From the NCBI GenBank assembly GCA_025358315.1, contig JANYKA010000041.1:1-61944 (forward strand): a stretch of DNA of 61,944 nucleotides, in the 5' to 3' direction. The notes beneath the pieces were generated by a model. It was not told where the DNA came from and made no database searches. It was given only the letters and a program-made list of their open reading frames with translations. This DNA comes from Gemmatimonadota bacterium. Lineage in GTDB: Bacteria > Gemmatimonadota > Gemmatimonadetes > Gemmatimonadales > Gemmatimonadaceae. Made by a program: the position numbers and the translations under genes. Shown here piece after piece: positions 1 to 10,271 of the stretch (position 1 is its first letter; each line of letters begins with the position of its first letter).

Positions 1-57
1 TGACGCCGCGAACCGAAGCGAGACACTCGGGGCCGGCCGCGCGCACCGAAGTAACGC

Positions 58-939
58 TTACAACTCCCGAGCAATCCGTGCGCAACACAAAAGCGCTTCG
101 ATCATAGACCCAGGATCCGCGATGCCTTTCCCCGCAATGTCGATCGCCGTGCCGTGATCCGGACTCGTCCGCGGAAAGGGCAACCCAAGGGTGACATTCA
201 CCGCGTGCCCGAAACTCGCCACCTTGATTGCTGTCATCCCCACGTCGTGATACGGCGCAATCACTGCGTCGAACTCACCGCGCATGGCCCTCACGAATAC
301 CGTGTCCGCCGGAAATGGGCCGGCGATTCCTGCGGCACGTGCGGCCGGACGCAGGACGCGATCGTCTTCATCGCCGAACCGTCCGCCGTCACCGGCGTGC
401 GGGTTCAGTGCGCACAGCGCCAACCGCGGTTCAGCAATGCCGAACCAGGCACGCAACCCGTCGCGCGTGATATGAGCCGCGGAGATGATCGCGTCGGCCG
501 TCACCGCGGTTGGCACATCGCGCAACGCGATATGCGTTGTCGCGAGCACCACGCGTAGTTTGTCAGAGGCGAGCATCATCGCCGTCTTCGCACCGGTAAG
601 TGCAGCCAACATTTCCGTGTGCCCCGGAAAATCGAAACCACCGGCGCGCAACGCATGTTTGTCGATCGGCGCGGTCACGATTCCCTGCACCGCGCCATCG
701 CGCGCCAATTCCACCGCGCGCTCAATTGCCTGGCCCGAGAGAAGGCCGGCATCGGGTTCCGGCAAGCCCACGTGCCACTCACCGATTACTTCATTCGCGT
801 GCTGTTCAACGCCGGACGGACCAACCACTACTACATCGCACTCCGCTCGTACGCGCTCGTTCGCGAGCGCCTTTCGCACGATCTCGGGGCCGATGCCGCG
901 CGGATCACCGAGCGTCACGGCGAGCCGCACGCGCATCAC
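58..939 (-). CDS. pdxA: 4-hydroxythreonine-4-phosphate dehydrogenase (PdxA)
   Basis: 293-aa ORF with PdxA-family motifs (TLGDPRGIGPEI near the N-terminus, GHTEMLA, LNPHAGDGG, SPDHGTA). The start (GTG 939 or ATG 936) overlaps the stop of the upstream PPIase gene. Confidence 0.9.
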   Translation of the reverse strand: MMRVRLAVTLGDPRGIGPEIVRKALANERVRAECDVVVVGPSGVEQHANEVIGEWHVGLPEPDAGLLSGQAIERAVELARDGAVQGIVTAPIDKHALRAGGFDFPGHTEMLAALTGAKTAMMLASDKLRVVLATTHIALRDVPTAVTADAIISAAHITRDGLRAWFGIAEPRLALCALNPHAGDGGRFGDEDDRVLRPAARAAGIAGPFPADTVFVRAMRGEFDAVIAPYHDVGMTAIKVASFGHAVNVTLGLPFPRTSPDHGTAIDIAGKGIADPGSMIEALLCCARIAREL

Positions 940-2294
940 TGCATTCGCACGGAGACGTACTGTTCCTTCTTGAGCTGATCGAGCATCCGGCGCACCTGTT
1001 TGGTCTGGGCCAGCGACGACCGGATCAGTTCCCGCATGTCGTTCACCGTGTAATCACCCCCATCCACACGTGCAGTGACCTGAAACACGACGATCTTTGG
1101 CTTACCGGATTCCGGATTCGGAATATCGAATGGCTTGGTGAACTCGCCGGTCTTCAATCCTTCAACGGCCTTCTGGTAGTCGGGCGGCAACTTATCCAGT
1201 GGATACGCATCCGGAAAACTCCGGATTTCAGCCGGATCGTGATAGCGGGCTACCAACGTATCATATGAGGTGCCGGCTTTCCAAAGCATGAGCACCGTGT
1301 CCGCCCGCAACCGGGCGAGCTTCAGATCATTCGAATCGAGCGCCGGTCTGATCAGGATGTGACGCGCCTTCACTTCGGCGGGCTGTACCCGGTCCACCTT
1401 GATGATGTGAAAACCATATGAGGTTTGCACAATCCCGCTCACAATCCCGGGCGGAAGCCGGAACATCTCGGCGTCAAACTCCGGCAACATTGCCCCGCGG
1501 CGATTCCAGCCCAGATCTCCGCCGAGTTCTTTCGAGCCAAGGTCCATCGACTCGCGTTTGGCGATCTGCGCAAAGTCAGCACCCTTTTTTATGGCTTCCT
1601 CACGAACGGCCAGAATCTTGTCCAACGCCGCCTTGAGTTCCGTGGCATTCGGTATCGGCGGCACGACGATCTGGCGGAACGAAATTGTCGTCGGACGTTT
1701 TCTCGTTTCCTTTATTTTTTTGAATTCCGTGGTGATTTCTTCGTCCGTCACACTGGCCGGCGCCGACAACCGTCCGTGGGCGCGCAATGAATCTGTGGCC
1801 TTCTGCTGCAACTGCTCGCGCTTGGCCTGTTCATTGAAAAAGCGGCGCAACTCGATGTCGTTTCCGAATCCGTCGCGCTTGAGTGCATCGCGGTATTCCG
1901 TTTCCGTTTTGAACTGCGCACGGACTTTCTTCATCTGGTCATCTACCTGACGCGACACGTCAGCATCACCGACTTCGATTTTGTACTGCTTGGCAACCGC
2001 GATCAACAGTTCTTCGTCAATAAGCTTCCCCAACTGGTCCCGGGCCTGCGCCATCTGACCCGCCGAATCAGTCGCCAACTCCAAACCATTGGCCCGCTGG
2101 GCATTGATCACGTCGAGCACTTCGCTCCACAGAATCGGATGGTTGCCAACGATTGCCACGATCCGATCGATGGGCATTGGCGTCAACGCCGACGTCGCCG
2201 CGGGCGCTGGACGAGCCGCCGGCGGCGTGACCTGTGCCGCGAGTGTTCCCGCGACACAGCAAGTGATCAAAGCCAACGAGAGAGTGCGATACAT
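936..2294 (-). CDS. SurA-like periplasmic chaperone / parvulin-type peptidyl-prolyl isomerase
   Basis: 452-aa ORF with an N-terminal signal peptide (MYRTLSLALITCCVAGTLAAQ). Parvulin motifs GGDLGW...LPEFD and SYGFHIIKV are present. The classical surA-pdxA gene order is retained. Confidence 0.8.
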   Translation of the reverse strand: MYRTLSLALITCCVAGTLAAQVTPPAARPAPAATSALTPMPIDRIVAIVGNHPILWSEVLDVINAQRANGLELATDSAGQMAQARDQLGKLIDEELLIAVAKQYKIEVGDADVSRQVDDQMKKVRAQFKTETEYRDALKRDGFGNDIELRRFFNEQAKREQLQQKATDSLRAHGRLSAPASVTDEEITTEFKKIKETRKRPTTISFRQIVVPPIPNATELKAALDKILAVREEAIKKGADFAQIAKRESMDLGSKELGGDLGWNRRGAMLPEFDAEMFRLPPGIVSGIVQTSYGFHIIKVDRVQPAEVKARHILIRPALDSNDLKLARLRADTVLMLWKAGTSYDTLVARYHDPAEIRSFPDAYPLDKLPPDYQKAVEGLKTGEFTKPFDIPNPESGKPKIVVFQVTARVDGGDYTVNDMRELIRSSLAQTKQVRRMLDQLKKEQYVSVRMQ

Positions 2295-2303
2295 TGAAAA
2301 ATC

Positions 2304-3815
2304 CTACGGCTTTTTTGCCGCTGGCTTGGCCGGATCTGCCTTGGGTGTTCCCTTGGTATCCGGCTTCGGGGCTGGTGTGGCAGTGGCGGTCGCTGGGTCA
2401 CCCGGCAACGGCACGACGGACGCTGGCTGAGTCGCCTTCTTCACAGAATCTGCTTTCGCCACAAGTTTATCGGCTTCGGCGACAGCGCGATCAATACCGG
2501 CACTCACGACGCGCGCTTCGAAATGCTTGCGCAAGGCAATCGCCACGGGCTCGGCGATGTCAATAAACTGCGCCTGATTTTTGAGCAGCGCATCCATATA
2601 CGCTTCTACCCGGCTCGCGGCGAGCTTCTCGCGTTCCGGCTGCGTCTTGGCGCTATCGGCCAGATTTGCCGGCGAAAGTCTGAGACCAGTCATCGACGCC
2701 ATCACCGCACCATGGAACGCATTGCGAATGCCAGCGATATCTGCCGAATCGATTTTGACCTTGGCGCTGTCTGCCGCGCGAATGATCAGTTCGTTCCGCA
2801 CAACGTTATGCACGAACACGGGAATGACCGAATCGGGCGCCGACGCGATCTGGCGACGAATGTCCGCGCGTGGCGGGAACGCCGCGATCCACTGGGCCAG
2901 CTGACCGGCGGTGAAATCACCGCTCCGCGCCGTCGCGACCACCGTGCGATCGTTGCGATAGCTGTCGACGTCTTCGGCAACCGACTTCACCAACTTCGCG
3001 ATACCCGGCTTCACTTCCAGCTTGGCACCCTTTTCCATGGCGCCAAAATACGTGCTTTCTGCCGCCTGATTCTTAGTCTTTGAAAATGTGGCCGAGACCT
3101 TGGCCTTCGCCTCAGTCCACGTCTCGCGCTTGATGATGTGATAGCCGAAATCAGATTCAATAACGCCGGACACTTCACCGGGCTTCAGCGCGAGCACGCC
3201 TTTTTCAAACGCCGGAACCATCGCGCCCTTCGGAAACACGCCCAAGTCGCCGCCCTGCGCAGCCGATCCGTCCTTGCTGTATTTCTTGGCCATTTCTTCG
3301 AAGTTCGCGGCCGTTACCTGCTTCAGCACGCGCTGCGCTTCGCGTTTCGCGGAATCGCGCTGAGCCGGCTTGTCCGTCTTCGCATTCGACAAAAACAGGA
3401 TGTGGCGGGCGGCCAACAGTTCGCCATCGTTGTATCGCTTTTCATACGCGCTGGTATCGACCGCCGGGAAGGTCTTTGCAACCGCCTCCATGAACTTCGC
3501 GGATTTGATCTGCCCGATCTGCGCCCACATCGCGGCATCAGCAAGCTTCGGATCGCCGAGGGTGTCACCCTTTGCGCCGGCTTGCCCGAGTAACTGGTAA
3601 TTGACCCAAAGATTGGCAATCGCCATCGCAATATCCTTGCGCGGCTTTACCCCTGAACTCGCGACCAGCTGGGCGAGCCGGGTGCTCGACAGTTCCTGTG
3701 AGCCGGCACGCGCGGCGATGTCTACATGTGCAGTCAGGGCATCTTTCAGACCGGCGCAAGCCGTGAGGCTGACCGAAGCAAGGAACGCGGCGGCGACGAA
3801 TCGATTACGAAGCAT
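2304..3815 (-). CDS. PpiC/parvulin-type peptidyl-prolyl isomerase, probable lipoprotein
   Basis: 503-aa ORF with a lipobox-like N-terminus (FLASVSLTAC). Parvulin motifs GGDLGVFPKGAMVPAFE and DFGYHIIKRE are present, followed by an Ala/Pro/Lys-rich C-terminal tail. Confidence 0.8.
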   Translation of the reverse strand: MLRNRFVAAAFLASVSLTACAGLKDALTAHVDIAARAGSQELSSTRLAQLVASSGVKPRKDIAMAIANLWVNYQLLGQAGAKGDTLGDPKLADAAMWAQIGQIKSAKFMEAVAKTFPAVDTSAYEKRYNDGELLAARHILFLSNAKTDKPAQRDSAKREAQRVLKQVTAANFEEMAKKYSKDGSAAQGGDLGVFPKGAMVPAFEKGVLALKPGEVSGVIESDFGYHIIKRETWTEAKAKVSATFSKTKNQAAESTYFGAMEKGAKLEVKPGIAKLVKSVAEDVDSYRNDRTVVATARSGDFTAGQLAQWIAAFPPRADIRRQIASAPDSVIPVFVHNVVRNELIIRAADSAKVKIDSADIAGIRNAFHGAVMASMTGLRLSPANLADSAKTQPEREKLAASRVEAYMDALLKNQAQFIDIAEPVAIALRKHFEARVVSAGIDRAVAEADKLVAKADSVKKATQPASVVPLPGDPATATATPAPKPDTKGTPKADPAKPAAKKP

Positions 3816-3856
3816 GGGAAGGTATGGAGACGGGAAAGGGGGACCTGCAGTTATTG

Positions 3857-6800
3857 TTACCGCGGTTCGGACACAATTGTTCGAAGCGCCCGCACCAAGC
3901 CTGCCAGTAGCGGGGATCCGCCGACTCGCGTCAGTTTCAGCGATAACGGCTGTACGCGTCGCACATCAACCTGAAACTGAACATCCCGAAAGGCGGCCGA
4001 TAAGGGCTTCATCCGAGGCAACGCGTCCTCGCGAAAGGTAATACGGGCCTCCTCTCCACGCACTAGGATTCCCTCGACGCCCAGAAGTCCGCCCACACAG
4101 CGAAGGGTGGAGACATCAAAGAAGGTCTCGGCGGCGGCCGGAAGTGGTCCAAAACGGTCCCGCACCTCGGCCCGCACGTCCGCGATCGCGCCGGGATCGG
4201 TGATCGCGGCCAACCTCCGATACACGTCCAATTTTGCGTCCTGGCCCGGCATAAAGTCGTCCGGAAGGAACGCGGGAACGTCGACGACAACATCGGCCGG
4301 CGGAGGCGGCGGCGCGTTATCGCCACGAAGCACCCGCTTCACTGTTTCGTCGAGCATTCGTAAATACAAATCGAATCCCACGGCCTGCACAAAGCCGGAC
4401 TGCTCGGGCCCGAGCAAATTTCCGGCGCCGCGCAGTTCCATGTCTTTCAGTGCCACCCGGTAACCGGCACCGAGCTCCGTGTGATGCTCGAGCACCTTGA
4501 GGCGGCGTTCCGCATCGTCGTCCACCGTGTCCGGCACCATCAGGTAGCAGTAGGCCCGTCGGTGCGAACGCCCGACGCGGCCACGCAGTTGATACAGCTG
4601 CGCCAACCCCAAGTGGTCGGCCCGATTCACGAACATCGTGTTGGCGTTTGGCACATCGAGACCGCTCTCGACAATTAGCGTGGAGACAAGCACATCCACT
4701 TCGCCGCTCACAAACCGCGCCATCACCGCTTCGAGTTGACGTTCTTTCATTTGTCCGTGACCGACGGCCACACGCGCGCGCGGCACGAGACGCTGAATGT
4801 GATCAGCGATCGCCTGAATGGTTTCAATGCGGTTGTGCACAAAGAACACCTGCCCGCCGCGGTCAAGCTCACGGGCAATCCCCTCTTCGATGAGTCCGTC
4901 GTCCCACGGCTCGACAAAAGTGAGCACCGGCGACCGGTCGCGGGGCGGCGTTTGCATCAAAGTCATGTCGCGGAGGCCGGCCAGCGAGAGATGCAGTGTA
5001 CGCGGAATCGGCGTGGCAGTCAGCGTGAGGACATCGGTCTCCAGCTTGAGCTGCTTGAGCCGCTCTTTGTGTTTCACGCCGAACCGGTGTTCTTCGTCCA
5101 CGATGATCAGACCGAGCTGGCCGAACTCGACATCTTTTGAGAGTAGCCGGTGCGTCCCGATGACGATGTCAACTTTCTTTTCCTTGAGCGCCTTCAGTGT
5201 TTCCTTTTGCGCGGCCGGCCCTTGAAAGCGGCTCATGACTTCGACGCGAACCGGAAAATCAGCGAAGCGTTCTCCAAACGTGCGGGCGTGCTGCTCGGCC
5301 AGCACCGTCGTTGGAACAAGCACGGCCACCTGCCGGCCGCTTTGCACCGCCTTGAACGCTGCACGCACTGCTATTTCCGTTTTCCCATAGCCGACATCGC
5401 CGACGAGCAAGCGATCCATCGGTCGTGGGCTCTCGAGATCGCGCTTGACGTCTTCCGTGGCCTTGCGCTGATCCGGTGTGTCTTCGAACAGAAAACTCGA
5501 TTCCAGTTGACGCTGCCATGCCGTGTCCGGCAAATGCGGCGGTCGCGCGGCGACTTTCCGGCGTGCATACAGATCGAGCAACTCAACGGTCATTTCCTGA
5601 ATCGCACCGCGGGTCTTGTCGCGTTGCGCCTTCCATCGGCCGCCGCCGAGTTTATGCAACCGTGGCGGCGGCGCGTCTTCGTTCACATCGCCGGTAGCGC
5701 GGAATCGCTCGACCTGATCGATGCGATAGAGCGGCACGTTGAGCCGGTCGCCGCCTTCGTACTCAATGATCACTACTTCGATCGTCGTCTCACCGGCGAA
5801 AATCGTGCTCATGCCGCGATAAATGCCGACGCCGTGTTCCAGATGGACGACGAAATCACCGGGGGTGAGCGCGCCGACATTGTCCAGCGCTACGCCGGTG
5901 ACGTACCGGCGCGCCCGGCGAATACGGCGTTCACGACGAAAAATCTCATGGTCGGTGAGTACGCGCAGCCCTTCAAAATCGTCATTCGCCGGAATTACAA
6001 AACCGCCTCCCAGCACGCCAATCGCCAGTGCCGCTGGCGACGGTTCGTGACGCCCCGCCGCCAGCAATTCATCAAGGCGTTCCGCTTGCCCGCTGTTATC
6101 GCAGAGGATGATCGTCGGCATGCCGCCACGCACGAGCGCCGCGAGTTTGTTGATGTCGCGGTCGATGGACTCAGGCCGGCGAAGCGGAAAGACGATCGCC
6201 GCCGAATCTTCGGTTCTATCGTGCAGTTCGAGCGTTGGAAATTTTTGTAGTGCGTGAAGCGCGCTGTCCGGCGCATCGTACAGTTCATCGCGACTCGCCA
6301 CCTCTTCGCCGCGACGACGCGCCAGGTCGAGATGATGGGCAGCTTCGTCCCATGTGCGCCGCATTTCGGGCTCGAGATGCACGGCCCGTGGAATGACCAC
6401 CAGCGTGGCGGGTGGCCAGAGCGCCGGGAGCGAGACCCGTTCGTATCGTGCGTCGGCCGTGGTGCTGCCGGTCACGTCTACCGGCAACACGAGCGCGACT
6501 TCCGCCATTTTCGTGGTTCGCTGTGTGACGAGATCGAAATGGCGTAACTCGGCAATCTCGTCGCCCCAGAATTCAACGCGTACCGGTTCGGTCATTCCGA
6601 AACTGTAGACGTCGACGATTCCGCCGCGTATCGCAAATTGGGCGACGTCTTCGACCATCTCCACTTTTTCGAATCCGACGGACTGCAAGTGTTCCATAAG
6701 TGCGTCGAGACGCCACGTGTCGCCACGTTTCAACTCAAGACGCGCATCGGCGAGCGCCTGTGGCAACCGCGTCCGTTCGAGCACGGCGCGCGCGGTGGTG

Positions 6801-7159
6801 AGCAGGATTCGCACTTCACCGCGGGTCATGCGTTCGAGGGTTTCCACCCGTTCGCCGGCCACTTCGGCGTGCGGCTCCACTTCGCCGAAACCTTCACGCG
6901 GCGGATACAACGCGACTGCGCCCTCACCCATCACTGACTGAAGGTCGGCGAGTAACCGCTCGGCTTCCGGAAGTTGATCGGCGACAATGGCGATCATCCG
7001 GTTCGGCTGCTGCTCGGCGAGTGCGGCCATCAGCACGGCGTCCGAAGAACCGACAAGGCCACTGGCCCGCTGAATACCGCGCGTAGCTGGGAGCGAGTTC
7101 AGCAGCTGCGTAAAGGCTGGAAGCGCGGTGAGGCGCTCCACGAGCGAAGGGAGCGGCAT
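3857..7159 (-). CDS. mfd: transcription-repair coupling factor Mfd
   Basis: 1100-aa ORF with superfamily-2 helicase motifs (GDVGYGKTE, DEEHRFGV, TATPIPRTL, QLRGRVGR). Size and domain order are typical of Mfd. Confidence 0.95.
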   Translation of the reverse strand: MPLPSLVERLTALPAFTQLLNSLPATRGIQRASGLVGSSDAVLMAALAEQQPNRMIAIVADQLPEAERLLADLQSVMGEGAVALYPPREGFGEVEPHAEVAGERVETLERMTRGEVRILLTTARAVLERTRLPQALADARLELKRGDTWRLDALMEHLQSVGFEKVEMVEDVAQFAIRGGIVDVYSFGMTEPVRVEFWGDEIAELRHFDLVTQRTTKMAEVALVLPVDVTGSTTADARYERVSLPALWPPATLVVIPRAVHLEPEMRRTWDEAAHHLDLARRRGEEVASRDELYDAPDSALHALQKFPTLELHDRTEDSAAIVFPLRRPESIDRDINKLAALVRGGMPTIILCDNSGQAERLDELLAAGRHEPSPAALAIGVLGGGFVIPANDDFEGLRVLTDHEIFRRERRIRRARRYVTGVALDNVGALTPGDFVVHLEHGVGIYRGMSTIFAGETTIEVVIIEYEGGDRLNVPLYRIDQVERFRATGDVNEDAPPPRLHKLGGGRWKAQRDKTRGAIQEMTVELLDLYARRKVAARPPHLPDTAWQRQLESSFLFEDTPDQRKATEDVKRDLESPRPMDRLLVGDVGYGKTEIAVRAAFKAVQSGRQVAVLVPTTVLAEQHARTFGERFADFPVRVEVMSRFQGPAAQKETLKALKEKKVDIVIGTHRLLSKDVEFGQLGLIIVDEEHRFGVKHKERLKQLKLETDVLTLTATPIPRTLHLSLAGLRDMTLMQTPPRDRSPVLTFVEPWDDGLIEEGIARELDRGGQVFFVHNRIETIQAIADHIQRLVPRARVAVGHGQMKERQLEAVMARFVSGEVDVLVSTLIVESGLDVPNANTMFVNRADHLGLAQLYQLRGRVGRSHRRAYCYLMVPDTVDDDAERRLKVLEHHTELGAGYRVALKDMELRGAGNLLGPEQSGFVQAVGFDLYLRMLDETVKRVLRGDNAPPPPPADVVVDVPAFLPDDFMPGQDAKLDVYRRLAAITDPGAIADVRAEVRDRFGPLPAAAETFFDVSTLRCVGGLLGVEGILVRGEEARITFREDALPRMKPLSAAFRDVQFQVDVRRVQPLSLKLTRVGGSPLLAGLVRALRTIVSEPR

Positions 7160-7161
7160 CG

Positions 7162-8982
7162 TCAGGTAGCCTTGGGACGTGTGGCGCGTGTGGCAACCGC
7201 TTCAGCGATCAAAAGCAGGACACCGAGCGCAAGAAAAAATCCGTCGAGCGTGCGACGGCCGGAGACATCGAACGCGGTTGCCGTCCACCGCGCGGCGTTA
7301 TCGGTCACCGATAATTCGCCGCCCGCGAAACGCGTACGCAGTTCAGATGCTGGGAGCCGTTCCAAATCACTTTCGGCGACTTCGGGATTGATCACCAACG
7401 CGCCAGCCCGCGACGCACCGCGTAGCCAGAAATACACGCCGGTCCGTGGCGGTGCTTCAATGCGCCCTGCGGTGACGGGACGTCGCACACCGTCGGGACC
7501 TTCTAGTTCGCGTGCCCAACTTGGCCGAACGACCATCGTACCGGGCCCCGCTTCGGTAACGGCACCTGCCTCGCCCGACAATCGATCGGCGATGAGGCCG
7601 CCGAGCCAGGGCACCCAACTCGCCCGCACTGGTAGGTCGGTCGCATCGGCAACCAGCGGCGAGGCAATCAGAACATAGCCGTCACCGGCCACCGCCCAAG
7701 CATCTCCGCCGACGCGGGCAAGCGTGTCGATCGCGCTGCCTTCCGGAATGGCAGCGGTGGGACGCGATTCAAGCACATACCATTGTGTGGCCGTGACATT
7801 TGTCAGTCCCGCGCCGCGCACCAACGCTGGCCCGGTGCGGCCCGCACCGAAACGCCACGGAATCCCCGCGCGTTCGAGCATCCGGTTTGCCGTCGCCAAT
7901 TGCACGGGATTCGTCGGCGCGAAGATCACGCCAGGAATGCGCGCCGCCTCGGCGCCGGTGATTGTGATGCTGACCCCCTTAGTCACGCGCCCCTGTTGCG
8001 TGAGCGCATCAACCGCTGTTCGCGCGAACGGGCCCGCCGACTGGTCTGCCATTACACTCGGAGCGGGCCCGACATGCACGGCGAAAAATCGTACATCGTC
8101 GCCCCGCATTTCATCAGGTTCGAGTTCGACGGCGCCGGCGATCCATCCGCGCTCGGCGGGTTCGAGCCGCACCACGATATCGTTGCCGGGCGATGCGGTG
8201 CCCCTCGCGGCCGCGCGCGCGCCGAGCATGACCCGATACGTGACCGAATCGGTGGCGGTCGTGGCGGCGCGAACCGCACCTCGTGGTGTCCAATGCGGTG
8301 GCTCCGCAACCGCACGAATCACGGCACGGTTGCGGGGGGCGGCCAGCGTCGGCGCAAAAATGGTGGCCGCTACTCCATCGAGCGTGACCGAGCCGGTCCA
8401 ACTCGTAGCTTGTGCGTCTGTCACGATCGCCACCTGACGTGCGGGAATCCCCGAACCTTTCACCAACTGTGTGGCCCGCGCGATCGCCGCATGTAAATCA
8501 CCGGCACCTGACAGCGCTTCGGCACGGGCGATCGCCTCACGGATGGCGCTTGCACTCCCGCTGATAACATGGGCATCAGCCGTTACGAGCCACACATGAT
8601 CGGCGCTGGTGGCGCGGTCGACCGCTGAGCGCGCGGCATCTTTGAGGCGCGCCAACACCGGCGAGCCGTTCACCACAGCGGAGGTGCTCAACGAATTATC
8701 GAGCACGATTGCCATAGCGGTCGGGGCGTGACCGGTGCCAACAAGCCGGCCGATCGGCCGCGCCGCCGCGACGGCCAGCGCCAGCACAGCCATGACGCGC
8801 AACACCATGAGCAACAGGTTGCGGATTTTTAGCTGCTGGGAGTGCTCCTTTTCTGCGCGGAGCAAATATCGCACGGCGGGAAAATCGACCTTTTCCCCCT
8901 GACGGCGGCGCAACAAATGCAGCACCAACGGCACTGCCGTAGCAGCGGCAAGCAATAATGCAAATGGGGCGAGAAAGTTCAT
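7162..8982 (-). CDS. BatA-like protein: N-terminal double-TM aerotolerance-type domain plus a VWA-like domain
   Basis: I trimmed the ORF-track call (to 9090) to the ATG at 8982, giving [27 protein letters not shown], the typical BatA N-terminal domain. That ATG forms an ATGA overlap with the DUF58 stop. A MIDAS-like DNSLS motif and a C-terminal TM helix are present. Confidence 0.7.
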   Translation of the reverse strand: MNFLAPFALLLAAATAVPLVLHLLRRRQGEKVDFPAVRYLLRAEKEHSQQLKIRNLLLMVLRVMAVLALAVAAARPIGRLVGTGHAPTAMAIVLDNSLSTSAVVNGSPVLARLKDAARSAVDRATSADHVWLVTADAHVISGSASAIREAIARAEALSGAGDLHAAIARATQLVKGSGIPARQVAIVTDAQATSWTGSVTLDGVAATIFAPTLAAPRNRAVIRAVAEPPHWTPRGAVRAATTATDSVTYRVMLGARAAARGTASPGNDIVVRLEPAERGWIAGAVELEPDEMRGDDVRFFAVHVGPAPSVMADQSAGPFARTAVDALTQQGRVTKGVSITITGAEAARIPGVIFAPTNPVQLATANRMLERAGIPWRFGAGRTGPALVRGAGLTNVTATQWYVLESRPTAAIPEGSAIDTLARVGGDAWAVAGDGYVLIASPLVADATDLPVRASWVPWLGGLIADRLSGEAGAVTEAGPGTMVVRPSWARELEGPDGVRRPVTAGRIEAPPRTGVYFWLRGASRAGALVINPEVAESDLERLPASELRTRFAGGELSVTDNAARWTATAFDVSGRRTLDGFFLALGVLLLIAEAVATRATRPKAT

Positions 8983-9926
8983 GGGAGATGCTGCCGGGCC
9001 GCAAACACCTGGCGGAGTGCAACACCGAACGGTTGATCCGTAAACACGGGCTGATACGCCGCCCCGGAACTGGTGAGCCGTTGCCGCCATTCATCAATCA
9101 CGGCGTCCACCGTTTCGCGATACGCGTCACGCACTTCGCTGATCGTCGCGTTAACGGAGAGCGCACTCTCGGTGTCTACAAGCTCGGCGTCGGTTTTCTC
9201 AATAGCTAAATCGCGTTCTGCCGGGTCGAGAATGTGGATGATGGACACATCGTGTCCCACCGCCCGCAGAATCGAGACGGCACGTTCCATTTCACTTTCA
9301 TCAACCAGCAAATCAGAAATCACGACGACCATGCCCGGCCGAGTGACCATGCGTGCCGCCTGCATCAGCGCGCCGGGCGCGTCGGAGCCTTGCCCAGAAC
9401 CGGGATCACTCAACGCGCCGACGATACGGCGCCAATGCACGGATCGTGCCTTGGGCGGAATTACGGTTCGCACTTGATCGTCGAACCGAATGAGCCCGAC
9501 GGCATCGCGCTGACGGAGCAATAACCACGACACGGCGGCCGCCACACGCTCGGCGTAGGCAAGTTTCGTGATGCGTGCCGGGTCACCGGACCACGCCATT
9601 GACCGGCTCACGTCCAGCACCACCGTGGCACGGAGGTTGGTCTCTTCTTCGAATTGTTTGATCAACCACTTATCGGCGCGCGCCACAACGCGCCAGTCGA
9701 GATATCGGAGGTCGTCACCCGGCTGATAGGAACGGTGCTCGGCGAATTCCACCGAGAAGCCTTTGCGAGGTGAACGGTGCAGGCCGGTCATAAATCCGTC
9801 CACTACCCAACGCGCAACGACCTCGATGCGGCCTAATGCCGACAGCGAGCTGGGGTCTACGAGATCGGCGCGAATGCGGGTATCGTCCATCGGGCTGATA
9901 TGAAGGTAGCGTGTAGTTGAATGCAC
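8979..9926 (-). CDS. DUF58 domain protein (MoxR-associated VWA-like family)
   Basis: 315-aa ORF with the characteristic [35 protein letters not shown] block of DUF58 proteins. It lies directly upstream of the BatA-like gene. Confidence 0.8.
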   Translation of the reverse strand: MHSTTRYLHISPMDDTRIRADLVDPSSLSALGRIEVVARWVVDGFMTGLHRSPRKGFSVEFAEHRSYQPGDDLRYLDWRVVARADKWLIKQFEEETNLRATVVLDVSRSMAWSGDPARITKLAYAERVAAAVSWLLLRQRDAVGLIRFDDQVRTVIPPKARSVHWRRIVGALSDPGSGQGSDAPGALMQAARMVTRPGMVVVISDLLVDESEMERAVSILRAVGHDVSIIHILDPAERDLAIEKTDAELVDTESALSVNATISEVRDAYRETVDAVIDEWRQRLTSSGAAYQPVFTDQPFGVALRQVFAARQHLP

Positions 9927-10154
9927 CCCAAGGCAACGCTTGGCAATTGTCGCGCCAGCGGTGTTAGCGCACGATTGACGGCGCTTTTACGTTCCCCGAG
10001 TGAATATTCCGCTTTGGACCGCAACGTGGCGATCAAGGTATTCGGCACCAGCCCGACGGCACCGCTTGATCCGGCACGATTTACCCGTGAAATCAAAATC
10101 GCAGCAGGATTGACACACCCCGGAATCGTGCCTGTATTCGACAGCGGACCCTGA
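9921..10154 (+). pseudogene. remnant of a Ser/Thr protein kinase N-lobe
   Basis: The 77-aa ORF reads DRNVAIKVF...[25 protein letters not shown]. This matches Hanks kinase subdomains II-IV (VAIK lysine, catalytic-spine Glu, HPxIVxxxDxG). It ends in a stop with no catalytic loop or C-lobe anywhere downstream. Confidence 0.6.
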
Positions 10155-10271
10155 ATTTCCCCTGAGTCCCAAGCGCGTACCATCGGCAAGGGAATCCCGG
10201 AATCCCTGATCCACCATCCGCGCCGTTATGTTTAGAAGCTGGTTCAGCTCACCCTATTTCCGGCTTCATCA

